A stretch of 61,611 nt of DNA, the filler included, from Choristocarpus tenellus KU-1152 (lineage: Eukaryota > Protista > Phaeophyceae): assembly GCA_964200185.2 (NCBI GenBank). It is 14 parts of 14 records of this genome, joined end to end, with 100 filler letters (N's around TTAATTAATTAA, not from the genome) between each part and the next. Parts side by side here need not be neighbours in the genome. Positions count along the whole stretch, not along the records: positions 1 to 4,997 come from CAXNAD020012233.1; positions 5,098 to 9,484 come from CAXNAD020014793.1; positions 9,585 to 13,665 come from CAXNAD020016316.1; 11 more parts are not named here. One strand, 5' to 3'. A model generated the notes under the pieces. It worked only from the letters and a program-made list of their open reading frames with translations, made no database searches and was not told the origin of the DNA. Each line of letters starts with the position of its first letter. The stretch's first letter is position 1. This document shows positions 1 through 12,700 of this stretch, in pieces. A program made the position numbers and the translations under genes.

Positions 1-55
1 CCCCCCCTCCCAGATACTTTGAGCCAGTGTGTTTTTGTAGAGAGGATATTGCAGT

Positions 56-381
56 GGGTCAAAGCAATTAAGAGGGTAGGGCCACGTGTCCATTCAGGGG
101 TCATAAATCCAACGTTGAGATTTTGATTAATTTTGGCTATCGTTTTTGCTAACAGGTGTCAATATCCTTACTCCGGACACACACCTTTTTCATAGTCGTA
201 TACATTTTAGGTATCTATCTGCGTTCACGCAGAAAAACCGAAAAAAAAAGGGCATAAAAAAAAATAAAAACGTGAGAAGGCAAAAAAAAAAAAAAGGAAA
301 AAAAAAAGAAGTGGGAAGCCAAGTCCCGAACGGACAAAAAGGGGGGGCAAAAAGTCTTACCCCTCTTAAACGCTTTTGCTC
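56..381. mobile_element. MITE-like family B copy (degenerate)
   Basis: Homologous to 1565-1883, 17093-17353 and 32455-32715 (shared tggctatcgt...gtgtcaatatcctt...ccggacac core). Imperfect TIRs; flanked by AGT at 53-55 and 382-384. A family A right end (cagatactttgagcc) sits at 1-25. Confidence 0.75.
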
Positions 382-1487
382 AGTGTCGGAGAGAGTAATT
401 AATCGCTGGGTAAGGACTAAAAAACATACACTCCACGGTAAGGCACACTCCGATGTTTTCGTGCATCGGTACAAAATAGGTACAACGGTGGCGTTTGCAC
501 ACTATCGCACAGTCTTGATGTATATGGACAGGTATGTGGGAAGAGTGTGGATCGTGCACCGCAGGGTTGGCAAGGGCTGTGCCATAAACTGGTTGGTTAT
601 TCTGAATCAGTAGGAAGTGAGAAAATTTGGAATGATGAACTAGAGCATCTCGCCAAACGTCCGAAACGTCTGAGCAAACCTTGTCAGAAAAGCGTCTGCA
701 GAAGCAGGAAGCAGGACGTAGCAATATATTGCAGGAGGGAAAGACGTAGCAGGGCGTGCCAAGGGAAAATCATTTTGGGATTTATATATGTTTTTTGGTG
801 CATGATATGTAGTCTTACCAACCAAAGATCAGGCGGTTGATCTCCACAAGACTGGGTGGATACTAGAGATACAGCATGTTGTTCTCCAGCGTTGATACTC
901 ACTTTAATGGATCTAGGTTTACTTCATTTGGGAGTGAGACAACCAGGCTCAACATGAGTCAGTCTAACTCACAGTTGCGCATGTCAACCTAGACTCACTC
1001 CCAAACCTTGCATGAGACCAAATTCTAATCCAAGTGAATGGTGGGAGGCATGTGAGAATTTCAGTGGAAATACTGCTGAGGTTTGAAGAAGTGTACCATT
1101 GATGAGTTCAAGAAAAGTGAGACAAGAGACCAACAAACGAGCTAGAGTGAAGAGTCTGGACTCCAGTCAATTATCTGATTGGATGCTTAATAGATTGTCC
1201 TGAAAGGATCTAACCATCCAGCATACAGGTTCATGGGAACGAAACTAATGGTTTGACCAACAGCTTCCAATGATGACCCCTTGGAGGGCAGAGCTCTTTC
1301 CCTCTTGAGATGATTTTTCGATCTAAAGCAAAATAAAAACAAGCAAGAATTGAGAGTTGGCTACTGCTCTTGATTGCCTTACCGATTCCTGAGTGCCGGG
1401 TGGTTTTGGCATATAGTTGCTAAAGACAATAGTATATAGTGCACATCAACCTCCAATACGGGACAGAGCAGCACACCAACAAGGAAG

Positions 1488-1988
1488 GGCTCAAAGTATC
1501 TGGTGGGGAGGGGGGGTCTACACCAGTGTGTCCATTTGGGCCCTGACCAGGAAACGTGCACTTAGAGCCAAAGTACCTTAGGGAGTAGAGTCGCGTCCAA
1601 TTGGGGTCCAGAATTCAATGTTGCGATTTTGATGTAACTCTGGCTATCGTGTTTGCAAGGAAGTGTCAATATCCTTGTTCCGGACACAGCTTTTCATAAC
1701 GTATACATTTTATCTACTCCTAAACATTTTGGAATAGGTAAAGTGTCATTAAAAACCCGTGGGAAGCTAAGCCCCAAATGGACAAATAGGGAAAAAATGT
1801 CATAAAATGAGACCATGGGAACAAAGCCAAGCCCCGAATGGACAAACAGCGGAAAACTCGTACCCTCTATGATACTTTCACTCTTACATTATCCATCCAA
1901 CGCATGCAACCAAATCACCCAAAAATCACGACATGAAAAAATGGACTCTGAATGGACAGCCGTCACCCCCCCCCATATACTGCGAGCC
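1488..1988. mobile_element. MITE-like family A copy containing a nested family B insertion
   Basis: Ends GGCTCAAAGTATCTG...catatactgcGAGCC, with AAG direct repeats at 1485-1487 and 1989-1991. Internal sequence matches 55191-55551 and 45497-45641. Confidence 0.8.
1565..1883. mobile_element. MITE-like family B copy nested in family A
   Basis: Ends GAGCCAAAGTACCTTAG / CTATGATACTTTCACTC; TTA duplicated at 1562-1564 and 1884-1886. The family A copy at 55191-55551 has the empty site gtgcacTTAcattatcc. Confidence 0.85.
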
Positions 1989-2371
1989 AAGTGCCAAAGT
2001 GGGCATAATGAAGTCAAGATCCAAGTAACAGGCAGTCATGTGTTTGGTCTAACCAGCGTCCCACAACGTAAAGAGTACGTAAATACAAATTGTCAAAGCT
2101 ACGTTGAATGTGCTATACGAGTATAGTGCCACTAGTATCAAGATGCCACTTGTTCGGCTAGACATACACCTATGAAGCATATCACACAAACAAAAAGTCT
2201 GATCTGCACAGCTACAAAGCAGTGAAGTTCCCCTACATGTAGGGGAAAAGATGATAGGCTCATATTTTTGACTTCGAGTGATGTGCAGTTTGCATAGAGG
2301 ATGTCCAGTTCAACTGACAATCATTTTTTTTTTAATGTGCGCAAATGTTCAGTTCCACTCAGACAACTTAC

Positions 2372-3091
2372 TTGAGCAGGTTTAACTTGACCAGCAGTGC
2401 TTGCACCATTGCTGATTGCGTTTCCATTGCCAACGCCAGGTATGTGACTCATATCCCTCACACCATGAGTACTAGCCTGCTGTGTCAGTCATTGACAAGG
2501 CAGAAGAAGGGTCGGGTGGTGGGATCAGTACCAAACCAAGAAGGATTATGCTCTTTGAACAACATGTATCTGCCAGACACATATCATCCACCAAATTCTA
2601 GATCACTGAATGGATTTTGGAGAATATCTTGCAGCATACAGGACCATTCATTTCCTCTAGTCAACTACTGTAGTGCGATGACTGATAATGACATCCAAAC
2701 AACCCACCTCCATCTTGGCAGCGGCATTGAGGAGGTCCGCAAGTCCAACTCCACTCCCACTGCCCTTACCACTACCACCAGCCTATCGTTAGTGGTGAAC
2801 AAAGGATGGGAGGTGGGGTTGTGGATCAGCGCGAAACTGAGCACAATCGACTTCTTCAAAAGCTCATATCTTCCAAGTGGTGCATTGACCGCCAAAATCT
2901 TAAGTGACAAAATGAAATTTGGCGAATGTCTTGCGGATTGCTTGATCATTAATTTCCTCTGGTCAGTCACTGTAGGGACTGATGATGACATCCGAACAAC
3001 CTACCTCCACCTCCATTGCTGCATTGAAGAGATTCGCGAGAGCACCCTTACTTCCATCCCCCGTTGCTCGGGGTTGGTGATGGTAGGCACC
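2372..3091 (-). CDS. Partial gene, three phase-0 exons; low-complexity protein with two Sin3-interaction-like helices (putative transcriptional regulator)
   Basis: Exons 3091-3005 (GAYHHQPRATGDGSKGALANLFNAAMEVE, donor GTAGGT), 2782-2708 (AGGSGKGSGSGVGLADLLNAAAKME, CACTAAC branch point, donor GTGGGT), 2476-2372 (ASTHGVRDMSHIPGVGNGNAISNGASTAGQVKPAQ, donor GTAAGT). All are AG/GT-bounded multiples of 3. Other exons unresolved. Confidence 0.6.
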
Positions 3092-4264
3092 CTTGGATCC
3101 ATGAGAAGATCGTGACCGGGTAAAAAACAAAATTGGCTGGTAGAGAGAGTTCGACGTATTTTAATCTTTACTTGGAGCAGCAACAGTAGTATATGGGTTG
3201 GGATTCACGAATATATGTTACTTCAGTTACACACGCCTAGAGATTGAGTGGAGAGGAAATGAAAATCACGAATTGTCAGTGGGGCGACACCCCAGACCTG
3301 TCACTCGGACGATCGATACATGGAACAGTCTCTGCTCGACATCTTCTATCTAACGAAACTTCAGTTTGATTATTCTTTCGAGGTGAATACCGATCGTGAA
3401 GGAGTGCCAAATGATCTCTTAGAGGAGTCTATTATTTAGGAAGAAGCCGAGGCAGAAGATGCTCTGAAACATGAGAGAATTACGCCGCGTCTCCTCAAGG
3501 CACGTATTTTACGGATAGAAATCCATGAGCACGCATAGTGCCTTTCTTGAGAGGGTGGAGTTTTAGATGGCTGATCCTGCTTCATTTTATCCGTAATCGA
3601 CGTGGCGACTGAGTGCTATCAACACTCACCACGACCGTCGAAGGATCGCGTTGGCCAGGGTCGAAAAGGCATGGCATCGTGCTCCTTAGGGTCCGATCTT
3701 GAGTCATGTTGTGGGCACGTTCAGTACAAACAGATCTAAGTTATATTTCCTACAGTCCTCCCCTCTGGTTTCCTTTGCACCCAACACAGCTGGAACTAAC
3801 AAGCTGTAAATATGCTTCCCTTTGAAGTTGCAGTACTTCCCGGTTTCTCTGTTTCACAACATGCCAAAAATAGGTTGGTGAAAACTTAAAGCTTGTTGAA
3901 ACAGTTTTTTTTTTGTTTGAATAGATTGGATACACACATACGTACGTCTCTTTAACGTATCGAGTCTTGAATTGAATGAATCTTTAGCATTCTGTGTAGA
4001 GGCTTGAATCTTGTATGTGAAAGGGTGACATAGAGCACTGAAGCACTGATTAATTCCATGGGATCAAGTTTGGGCAGGGTAGATGTCTTCTAGTTCAAAG
4101 GCGCAATATTGAAGTGGATGGTGGAGGGGCGTTATTGGATTAATGTGGAGTTATTGTGAAGTGGTGTGTGTGGAGTTTTGGAGAATGTCGTGGTGTAGTA
4201 AAAAGTGGTGGAAAGTGCCGTGGAAGAACATGGAGTGTCGCAGTATGTGAGGAAGGTGGAATGG

Positions 4265-4450
4265 ATTCGCCGAAATTGGGCGCATTGGTTGGTGACTAGA
4301 AACCAGTGGCGAAGATTGGTCCCAGTGGTTGGTCAACGGATACGCAAGATTGGCCCCATTGGTTGATGAGTGGAAATCACTGGCGAAGATTGGTCGCATT
4401 GATTGGTCACTAGATCCGTGGAGTTGGCTGATGTGGGTGGTGACTGGAGA
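4265..4450. repeat. Degenerate ~38-bp tandem repeat rich in ATTGG (4-5 units)
   Basis: Recurring units resembling ggcgaagattggtcgcattggttggtcactagaa. Confidence 0.7.
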
Positions 4451-4997
4451 TATGCATTTGACAGCGTCGTCTGTAGAGAGAGAAGGATAGTGCAGGGATG
4501 GAAGGAAGAAGTGGTGTTACAGTGGTTGAGAAGGAGGATAGTGGATGGAAATGCTAAATGAAAGAAATAAAACGTAGTATTAAGGGAGAATTAACTTAAC
4601 ATAACAAAATTATGGGTGTATTCACCAGTATCAATTTGGTAAAATACAGTGTTGGCAGTCGCCTCCTGCATCAACTTTGTTGGGCCTTAACTTTTGATCA
4701 ACAACAATTTTTTTCATGAAAATTCATTTGCTGTAATCGCATCAGCATGCTTAACCTTATTGGGTGGGTCTCGGTTGGTCAACTTGCAGTAATCGTGATA
4801 AATACAGAACCATACTTAAATCAAGTAGTCCGCGCGCGAACCGCGCATTGAAGGATGATTTTGACGGCAGGCAAGGCCATCTTCATCCGAAGAATATGCG
4901 CGTTGTTGTCTCTCAATTCTCTTTCCATTATTTCCCGTTTATGCCATGTTGACACCTGCTGTCTAAGGCTCACTCATGGGGGCCCAGGCCTCTGAAC

Positions 4998-5097
4998 NNN
5001 NNNNNNNNNNNNNNNNNNNNNNNNNNNNNNNNNNNNNNNNNTTAATTAATTAANNNNNNNNNNNNNNNNNNNNNNNNNNNNNNNNNNNNNNNNNNNN
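4998..5097. other. Artificial contig-joining spacer (first of 13)
   Basis: 44 N + TTAATTAATTAA (stops in all six frames) + 44 N. Identical spacers at 9485-9584, 13666-13765, 17649-17748, 20996-21095, 27390-27489, 30966-31065, 36807-36906, 42709-42808, 45397-45496, 49945-50044, 54705-54804, 57598-57697. Confidence 0.99.
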
Positions 5098-8000
5098 CTG
5101 CACCCGTGGTCTCCTCTACGAGAACAGGGATCCACGCATTCGGTAGGGCATGAGGGGTTGAATGGTAATCGTGGCGTTGACCACATCAATGGTGATGCCA
5201 TCGAACACCCGACGTATGCAGGAGATGATTTGTGCTTCGAAGGTGGCTGCGTATCCAATGGTGAGCTAGCATTGTTGAGATCGCACCGTTGAGTGTTGCA
5301 CCTGGACCTACCCCAAGTTGTTACACTCGAATCCTCCGTGATGCCTCCCAAAGTCTTTAACGACAACAATCGTATCACCACCATCATCCATTGGGCTCAG
5401 TGGAATACCCCCAGGAACCCAAGCAATCAACACCACAGTCAAAGGTGGAGCCGTTGGCCCTCCAAGAGATCAAACCTTGCACAGCAGGGCCAACGGTGTG
5501 GAGCGAATTTAGTGCGCTGGCAACGGAGACTGGTGCCATCAACCTAGGGCAGGTGCGCCTGTTCCCTCTATTCTTTATAGCAATGTTTGCTTGCAACTAT
5601 GCTGTATTTTGGCAGGAAAAAAACAGATTATGGATGCACTGTCTCAAGTTTCGTTGTTGACATGGGAGAGGCCAGCCCTGCACCCTCTTGAATTGCATGT
5701 TTCATGGCGCACTCCTGTCCAGCATTGGACTTTTGTAGTGGTTATTGTCGTTTACTCCTCTCTCGCGGTGGATTTCTCGCGCTACACCATGCTCTACAGC
5801 TTGTCCAAACGCTATTCTGTCAGCATTCAGTGTAAAATCTGCCCAAGATTCACAAAATCTTGGATGGTGTCAACGAAGTTCGCTCATTAAGGGGAATGCC
5901 ATCCCGCTTCCCCTTGCATCCAAATAATCACTGCCCCCTTTCTTTCAACGACATACAATAATATATTAGTGTGAATTTCTTTTGTTAATTTCGTGATGCA
6001 TGTAACACCACCTCCCACAACTGTTTTTACACTGCTCTGTACGGTAGAAACCTCTACAAAATGCTCTAATACGATAGATGGAAGTAGTAACTCATCTCGC
6101 AAGTTTTTTTTTTTTCAAAAAAAGATTGTAAGCCTGCGAGCATACACTCACTCGCGTTAACGTACGCAAGAGTCCCACTTTCGCGAGTCAAAGCGACGAT
6201 ATATGAGGCCTTGGGAAGGCGTTGCCCTGCCACTTTTCGTTTGCACTGTAAGGCACTCCTTTCGAGTGCACGTAATACCTGTGGGAGAAGAAACGTGACA
6301 CTATTTCTGTTGCGCTTACATCGTGTACTTCAGGGCTTTCCCAACTGGGATCCTCCAGAGTTCGTTGTCTCGGCAGCACACCAAGCGCTGTCAGAGGGCT
6401 TCCACCAGTACACCCGCACAGCTGGACATCCTCGCCTGGTGCAGCTGCTGGCGAAACGATACAGTATGCACTTTGGGAGAGAAGTGGACCCCTTTGCTGA
6501 GGTGTGACATCATGCATCGTATCGTTCACGAGTGGGACATTGGTTGATGGCACCATCGAAACGCTAGTGAGGCCCAGAAGCACCGTGAAACTCTTTGAGT
6601 TACGTTTTTGTTGTTTTGTGTAAACAGTTGTCGTAATTATTATTATTATTATTATTACTATTATTATTATATTTGCAGTAGGTATATTTTTATTCTCATA
6701 CTGTAGTAGAAAGAATGGGGATGGTGTTACTATTCGTTTTTTTTGTTGTACTCTTATGAGCTTGTGCTTAAATTGTGCACGTGTGTGTGTGTGTGTGTTT
6801 TGAGGGGGGACAAGACATAACCAATAGGAGGAGGAGTAAGAGGGGGGGTTGGAGGGCAAGGCTTCCAAGCCTTCATTTGTCCAAGTATTAATAATATCAC
6901 GTAATGTAGAACAATGTGTGATGGATCAGGGGAGAGATAAAACACTCTATGAGAGGCAAGCTCTTTTTGTGTTCCTGCCAACAGAAATAGCTTGTGTGTG
7001 TTTGTGTGTCTGTGTCCTTGAATTGATGGGATACCACAATTCCTAGTCTACGAGTACCTGTCCACATCACACTCCAGTGCAATTGGGAAGGGATTAGAGG
7101 ATGGTTCAACTCCATTGGTCCTTTTTTATCCATTTTTTTTTCTTGGTCCTCTACGGTTACGCTCTCTGCGTGCCTGCAACTGCAACTGCAATCGTGCGTA
7201 CTACTGATACTGTTTCAAAATTACTAACGCCTGCATTGCTTGAAGACAGTATATAATCCCATTGCATGATAGCGTCTTTACCTGTCCACCCGTACCGATG
7301 TTGCGCTGTATGCAGAGGGAGCAGATCTCTCCGTCGAAATGCATCCTATGTTCAAAAATGTTAAACCTCCGCAGTTTCATCTTCTCCCCTAACCCTATCC
7401 CCCCCTTCCCTTAGCCAGCTTTGCCGCTGATTTGATTTGGTTACACACACACACGGCACACGCCGGTGTGGGTAACCAAATCGCAGGAGACACATCTTGG
7501 ACACAAAATTTGTAGATGCTTATACCGCGTGTGTGCGCTCTTCTTCTTCTTCTTGTGCATGCATGCCTTGGGCCTGTAGAGTAAATCCTGACCCTACTGA
7601 TCGTAGATGTTCGTCTCCGGACGAAAACGACGGTTTTGAGATCTGCTCATGCTTTTTTTTTAATTTCTATTTTCTCCTCGAGGCATACATATAATATATA
7701 CACACACATATATATATATGTAGGGGAAATTTTTTAATTTTTTGTTTTGTTTATTTGATGATGATGCCTGCTACTGCTGTCGCAGGTGGCGATCACGATC
7801 GGTGCTTCTCAGGCGTTGTACCTGACTTTCCAGGCGGTGCTCTCCCCAGGGGACGAGGTTGTCCTGCTGGAACCCTTCTTCGACCTCTACCTTGGACAGA
7901 TACGCATGGCAGGTGGGGTGCCACGGCCGGTGCCTCTTGACGTGGAGGAAGGGGAGTGGCGACTGAATGCCGATCGCCTGCGAAGGTGTGTTGAGCTCCT

Positions 8001-9320
8001 GCACAAAGCATATGGATTATTATTATTATTATTATTATTTAAATCTGGTACGATTTTTTCTGATTAAATGTAGGTGCTGTTTGAGATCAAGATCGTGTTG
8101 TGGTTGTTCTTTTGTAGGTGTCTGCTGTGATTTGTGTGTGTCTCTGTGTCTCTGTGCCTGTGTGGCTAGTGCTAGTGCTAGTGCTAGTGCTAAGTTTATG
8201 GGTGGAGGAATGACAATCTTGTCATCAAATAGGATGGATGGAGAATGGAGTGGGGCTGGTGGGGGGGGGGGGAGAGGGATGATGGAATGGAATGGAGGGA
8301 CTCCTTTTGCACCCGTGCTGCTTTTGTTTCAAGTCGTGTTGGTAATCCAGTGCCGGTAACCATAGAGCCTTTGTGTTCTCCTCTTCTTAAACCTTTTGTG
8401 CTTGTTTGTTGTGTGTAGTTATCGCAGGCGTTTCCCAATACTTCACATTTATTATTGTGTTTTTTAGTGTGAACTGTGTAACATTAATAATAATAATAGT
8501 AATAGTGAACTTTGCATTTTGTTCATGTCTAATGTCCTCACACACATCGCCTCTGGTGTGGAATAATGAGGGAGGAGCGGCGATCAAAGACCATAGTGAG
8601 TCCCTCTTTTCCTTCCTCCCAACAGTAGTGGTAGTAGTAGTAACAGCAGATCCAGTTGGCTACTATTATCAACAATGAAAAACCCTACCACTACTACTGC
8701 GACTACTACTACTATTGCTGTGTCAGGTTGGGAGTGACTTCACGCTTTGGTGCATTGAGTGTACACCCAATGATGTGGTTGGTTGTTATGCTGGTTAGAA
8801 ATGTTCGGTGTTTTTTTTTTGTACAATGGTTGTACCACGAGAATACAAGTGACTGGGGGTTGGGAGGAGGGTGTGCGTTTCTCAGGAGGAGGGTGATTAT
8901 TGCTTAGGTGATCGTAGTAGAGGTGTGTAAAAGAATTCTGGTGGGTTAGGGTTATGTGTTGTGTTGTGTTCGGGGGATGTTTTTATTGGCAATGAGAATG
9001 AGAAGGAAAACATATATATATATATTAATACTTCTTATGTTTATGCTGTAATATGTGGGCAGGCGGTATATGTGTGATGGTGGGACTCACTGTTAACTAT
9101 TTTTTCGCCTCAGGAAAGGATGAGTTCCCAAAAGAGACACGTGCGTGTGGACGCGTGTATTGACTCGCCCCCTTGCGTGTTTGATGCTTTTTTTTGTGTC
9201 AGTGTCATCACCACGAAAACAAGGGTGATTGTGGTAAACACGCCTCACAATCCCACAGGAAAAGTGTTCACGAGGGAGGATCTGGAGGTCATAGCTCAGG
9301 TGGTTCGAGAGAACCCAAGG
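5098..9320 (+). CDS. KYAT: Kynurenine aminotransferase / glutamine transaminase K-like PLP-dependent class I aminotransferase (partial, 5 exons)
   Basis: Exons 5098-5260, 5401-5552 (PTVWSEFSALATETGAINLGQ), 6334-6501 (GFPNWDPP...HQYTRTAGHPRLV), 7786-7985 (VAITIGASQALY...PGDEVVLLEPFFDLY), 9203-9320 (TRVIVVNTPHNPTGKVF). Phases are consistent and motifs are typical of KYAT/CCBL. Confidence 0.92.
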
Positions 9321-9774
9321 GTGAGAGAATGGAGAAGTTACTGTTATTGTTATTATTATTATTATGTGTGTAGTGCCTGCGTATCTACATAACTGTGAAT
9401 AGCGCTTGTTTTATTTTCTTGGTGTGATTTTTTTTGTTTAAAATTTACGTTCAATGGCTCGAAGAATCTGGTAGGGGAGGGGGGNNNNNNNNNNNNNNNN
9501 NNNNNNNNNNNNNNNNNNNNNNNNNNNNTTAATTAATTAANNNNNNNNNNNNNNNNNNNNNNNNNNNNNNNNNNNNNNNNNNNNAAGGGTGTCTGTTCTC
9601 CCCTCACAGCAGAGCGAGCACTGCCTTGGAGGAAAGTGATGGGTAAGTACAAAAGAACTGCATGCACATTCTAATACAATTAATACTATCTCTTCACCAC
9701 TGCATCTCCATCCTCTATGTACTACTACCACTAAAATACACACTAGTACACAATCACCGAGCACATGATCTCAC

Positions 9775-12700
9775 CGTTGCTCCCTTTGGCACAAGCATGA
9801 GTGCCCGGGCTTGCGAGTTGTATTCATGCACAGTGGTATGGAGCGTCTCCATCTGCTGTGAAAGTTCCATGTCCAATTCCCATGAGCGCTGACATCATCG
9901 AAACAGGAAGAGAGAGCACGAGGGGTGGGGGGGGTAGGGGGGGGAAGAGAGAGTAAGAGAAAAATCTAATGCTTAAAAGACAGTGCAAGGGAAGAACAAG
10001 TTAGGAGGGAGGTGAAACATTCTGCAACCCACAAGACCCTAAAGACGCCTGCCAATATAATGTTTTGTTTTTTTCTCTTCCAGATTCTGCCGTATACTTG
10101 TTCCAATCCTGACATCAAAAACAGTTACACACAAAGGTGAATGGCAGTTAGCTGGACATGTACTCTCTTTGTACATAGAACAGTCAACAGAGAGTATCAA
10201 AGAGAGGCGAATCACGACAAAAAAAATCTCCTAAAAGTAGAACATCAGCATCCTCGCAGACTGAATGTAACTCAACTTAACTTAATTGAATGCACATGGC
10301 ATGTACCAGTGAGTGAAAAGATCAAACAGGGGACCATCTTTTGGCCCTCTTTCAACCTTGAGCAATTTGCACAACATGCCCATGCCCGAAACGAAGCTAA
10401 CCATCACCTTCAGAGGGTTTGACCACCAAACAAAAGATTCGCTGTGAATGAATACATTTTTAGCTGAAATTTCTCTCCACCGTGCTCAAAACACACACAC
10501 ACACACACACACCACAAGGTACTCATAGGAACCCTTGAAACTCATCGATACCTCCCCTTTAGATGGCATCACCCTGTACCATCTACTGCATAAACCCTTC
10601 TAGGGTCCTTCACAGTGCAGCACCTCAGGAAGTAAAAATAACTGTGCACTCTGCAGCCCCCTCCATATCACCTCATCTCAAACCTAGCATACATTCTCAC
10701 CTCGTAAGGGGCAGCCTAAATCTGCCAAGCACAAAAAATCTCAAAGTTGAGCCTTGAAAAAGCAACCAACACTTCACACGTTAGACCAATCAAATCCGAT
10801 TTTTGGTGTACAAAACGATTTCTGACAAATCAAACGCCACTCCCGCCGTCATTAAAAAAAAAATTGAGTTAATCACACTGGGGGCACATCCTCAAAAATC
10901 AAAGATTTGGGAGTTAACTCTTTTGCTTGAGGATGCGAATAACACGATTTCATTTTATTTCAATACATATTTCAATACATATTTCTGAGAGTAGTGTGGG
11001 GCAGATCTTCGAAGAACAAGATGGAATGTTGACAAATCGATACATCATGATTCGTACAACTTCTGCTCACGAGGGCAAACCATTGTGGAGGCATTCAAAT
11101 CAATGTGTTTGTACTGTGTTTGTACTGGGGAACAGTTTGAATATATTTTGAAGATAGGAAGAGTGGTATATACAAATGATTGTACACATCTTTAACAGAG
11201 GAGTGATGTTACCAATACGCATAGCGCGACCACTGACCTCTGATATACAGAAAAAATGTATGGTTAAATGTTTTCAAGTTATAAAAGGCAAGGGACACCA
11301 ACATGACACACTGCAGATACCAAATTACCCAAGACCCCACAATGGCTTCCACAATGTCTTAGCTTTTGAAGGGGGGGCGATTGATGGTTTTTATACTATC
11401 CATACAATAAGAAGAGAATGAAGTGCAGTATGCAATCACACCAGAAGTAATCTAAGACTAGTAAACAATTGTTCTTTCTTGCTAAATCACAAAGTAAGAT
11501 TTAAATGTTAAGGTGAGGTAGGGACAGATCACCAATACACAGCTATCTTCTCAAGACAGACACATAGATACAACTCATATACATCCTGATAAAATGATGA
11601 GCAATACCTACAAATCATGCGCTACAAGGTAACCAATAAGGTTACATCAACTAATCGGGATTTCTACACCACTCCTCAACATTGACTTGTACTCAGTACA
11701 TGATTTGTGGTACAAGATTCCTGGGTGTAAACAATTTGTACATCTTCACCACTCCTTCATCCTTCACATACAAAAATACTTGCATACACATTTTTTTCTA
11801 CCCAAGTTGTGAAGCACAAATAGGTTAAATCACGATATGCCTCACGAGTGGAACATGCAACATATGTCTCACTGAAGCCTAAGTAACGGCGTACTATGAA
11901 CATCAAGAGACTCTCATGCTTCAAGTCAGTGTAGAAACAAAACTCTATCAAGAAGATTTCGCTCTTGTCGATGGTATCCCTAATGTTTGGACCAACTCTC
12001 CAATTGAGCTTGTTGTTTGGGGTGCTGGCGAATCTAGCAAAAAAAAGAAGAGACTACTCTTTGTCCACACTACTTACTCCCTAACCCTACCCCCAAACAA
12101 TGCCTCCTCACAAAGTACAACCCAAAGACGACACCACACTCCTTCATTCCAAACACAATAACGCCATTTCAGTGTGCTTATCTGTAGCAAATAGGGTAGT
12201 TTCAACAGGGATAGGGACAGGAGGGTGATCGAGAGGGAGTCACATTGACCTTCATAATCTGTGCATTGGTTTCCTCCGCAGTCTGTCTACCGTCCTGGAT
12301 CCTCTTCCTCTCACTCTTCATGTGCAATACATCCTCCGCACTGAGCTCTTGCCCCGCCACACGCTCCCTCAACACCAAAAGCTCTTCCTGCAATGCTGCT
12401 GCCTCAGCCTGTCAAGGAGAGGTCGGGGAGAGTGGTAGGGGCAGGGGCAATGTGGGGGTCAAGATTGTTAAGTCAACAAACAAGCGCCTAAAATTGTGGT
12501 GGTCTTGTCGGTTGAAGTAGAGACTGTAATGAACACTGTTCAGGAATCTATTCATGAGGCTTCCATGAGAATCAAATATTGAAGTACTACGCAGTAAATA
12601 GTAACATTTCATGACAGTTACTATTGGCATGTGAAAAGGTATACCTCTCTTGTGCACACTGTCTCCAGTGCAGTGGAAAGTCAACCCATTAACCTGAGAG

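Noticed and set aside
52-385. 5-bp CAGTG target duplication suggesting Transib
   Set aside because: The nested copy and its empty site show a 3-bp TSD, and the TIRs do not start with CAC.
2345-3115. 256-aa plus-strand ORF with an internal repeat
   Set aside because: No recognisable motif. The repeat is better explained by minus-strand exons with canonical splice signals.
4265-4450. Possible CRISPR-like array
   Set aside because: The units are degenerate tandem copies with no unique spacers, there are no cas genes, and the context is eukaryotic.
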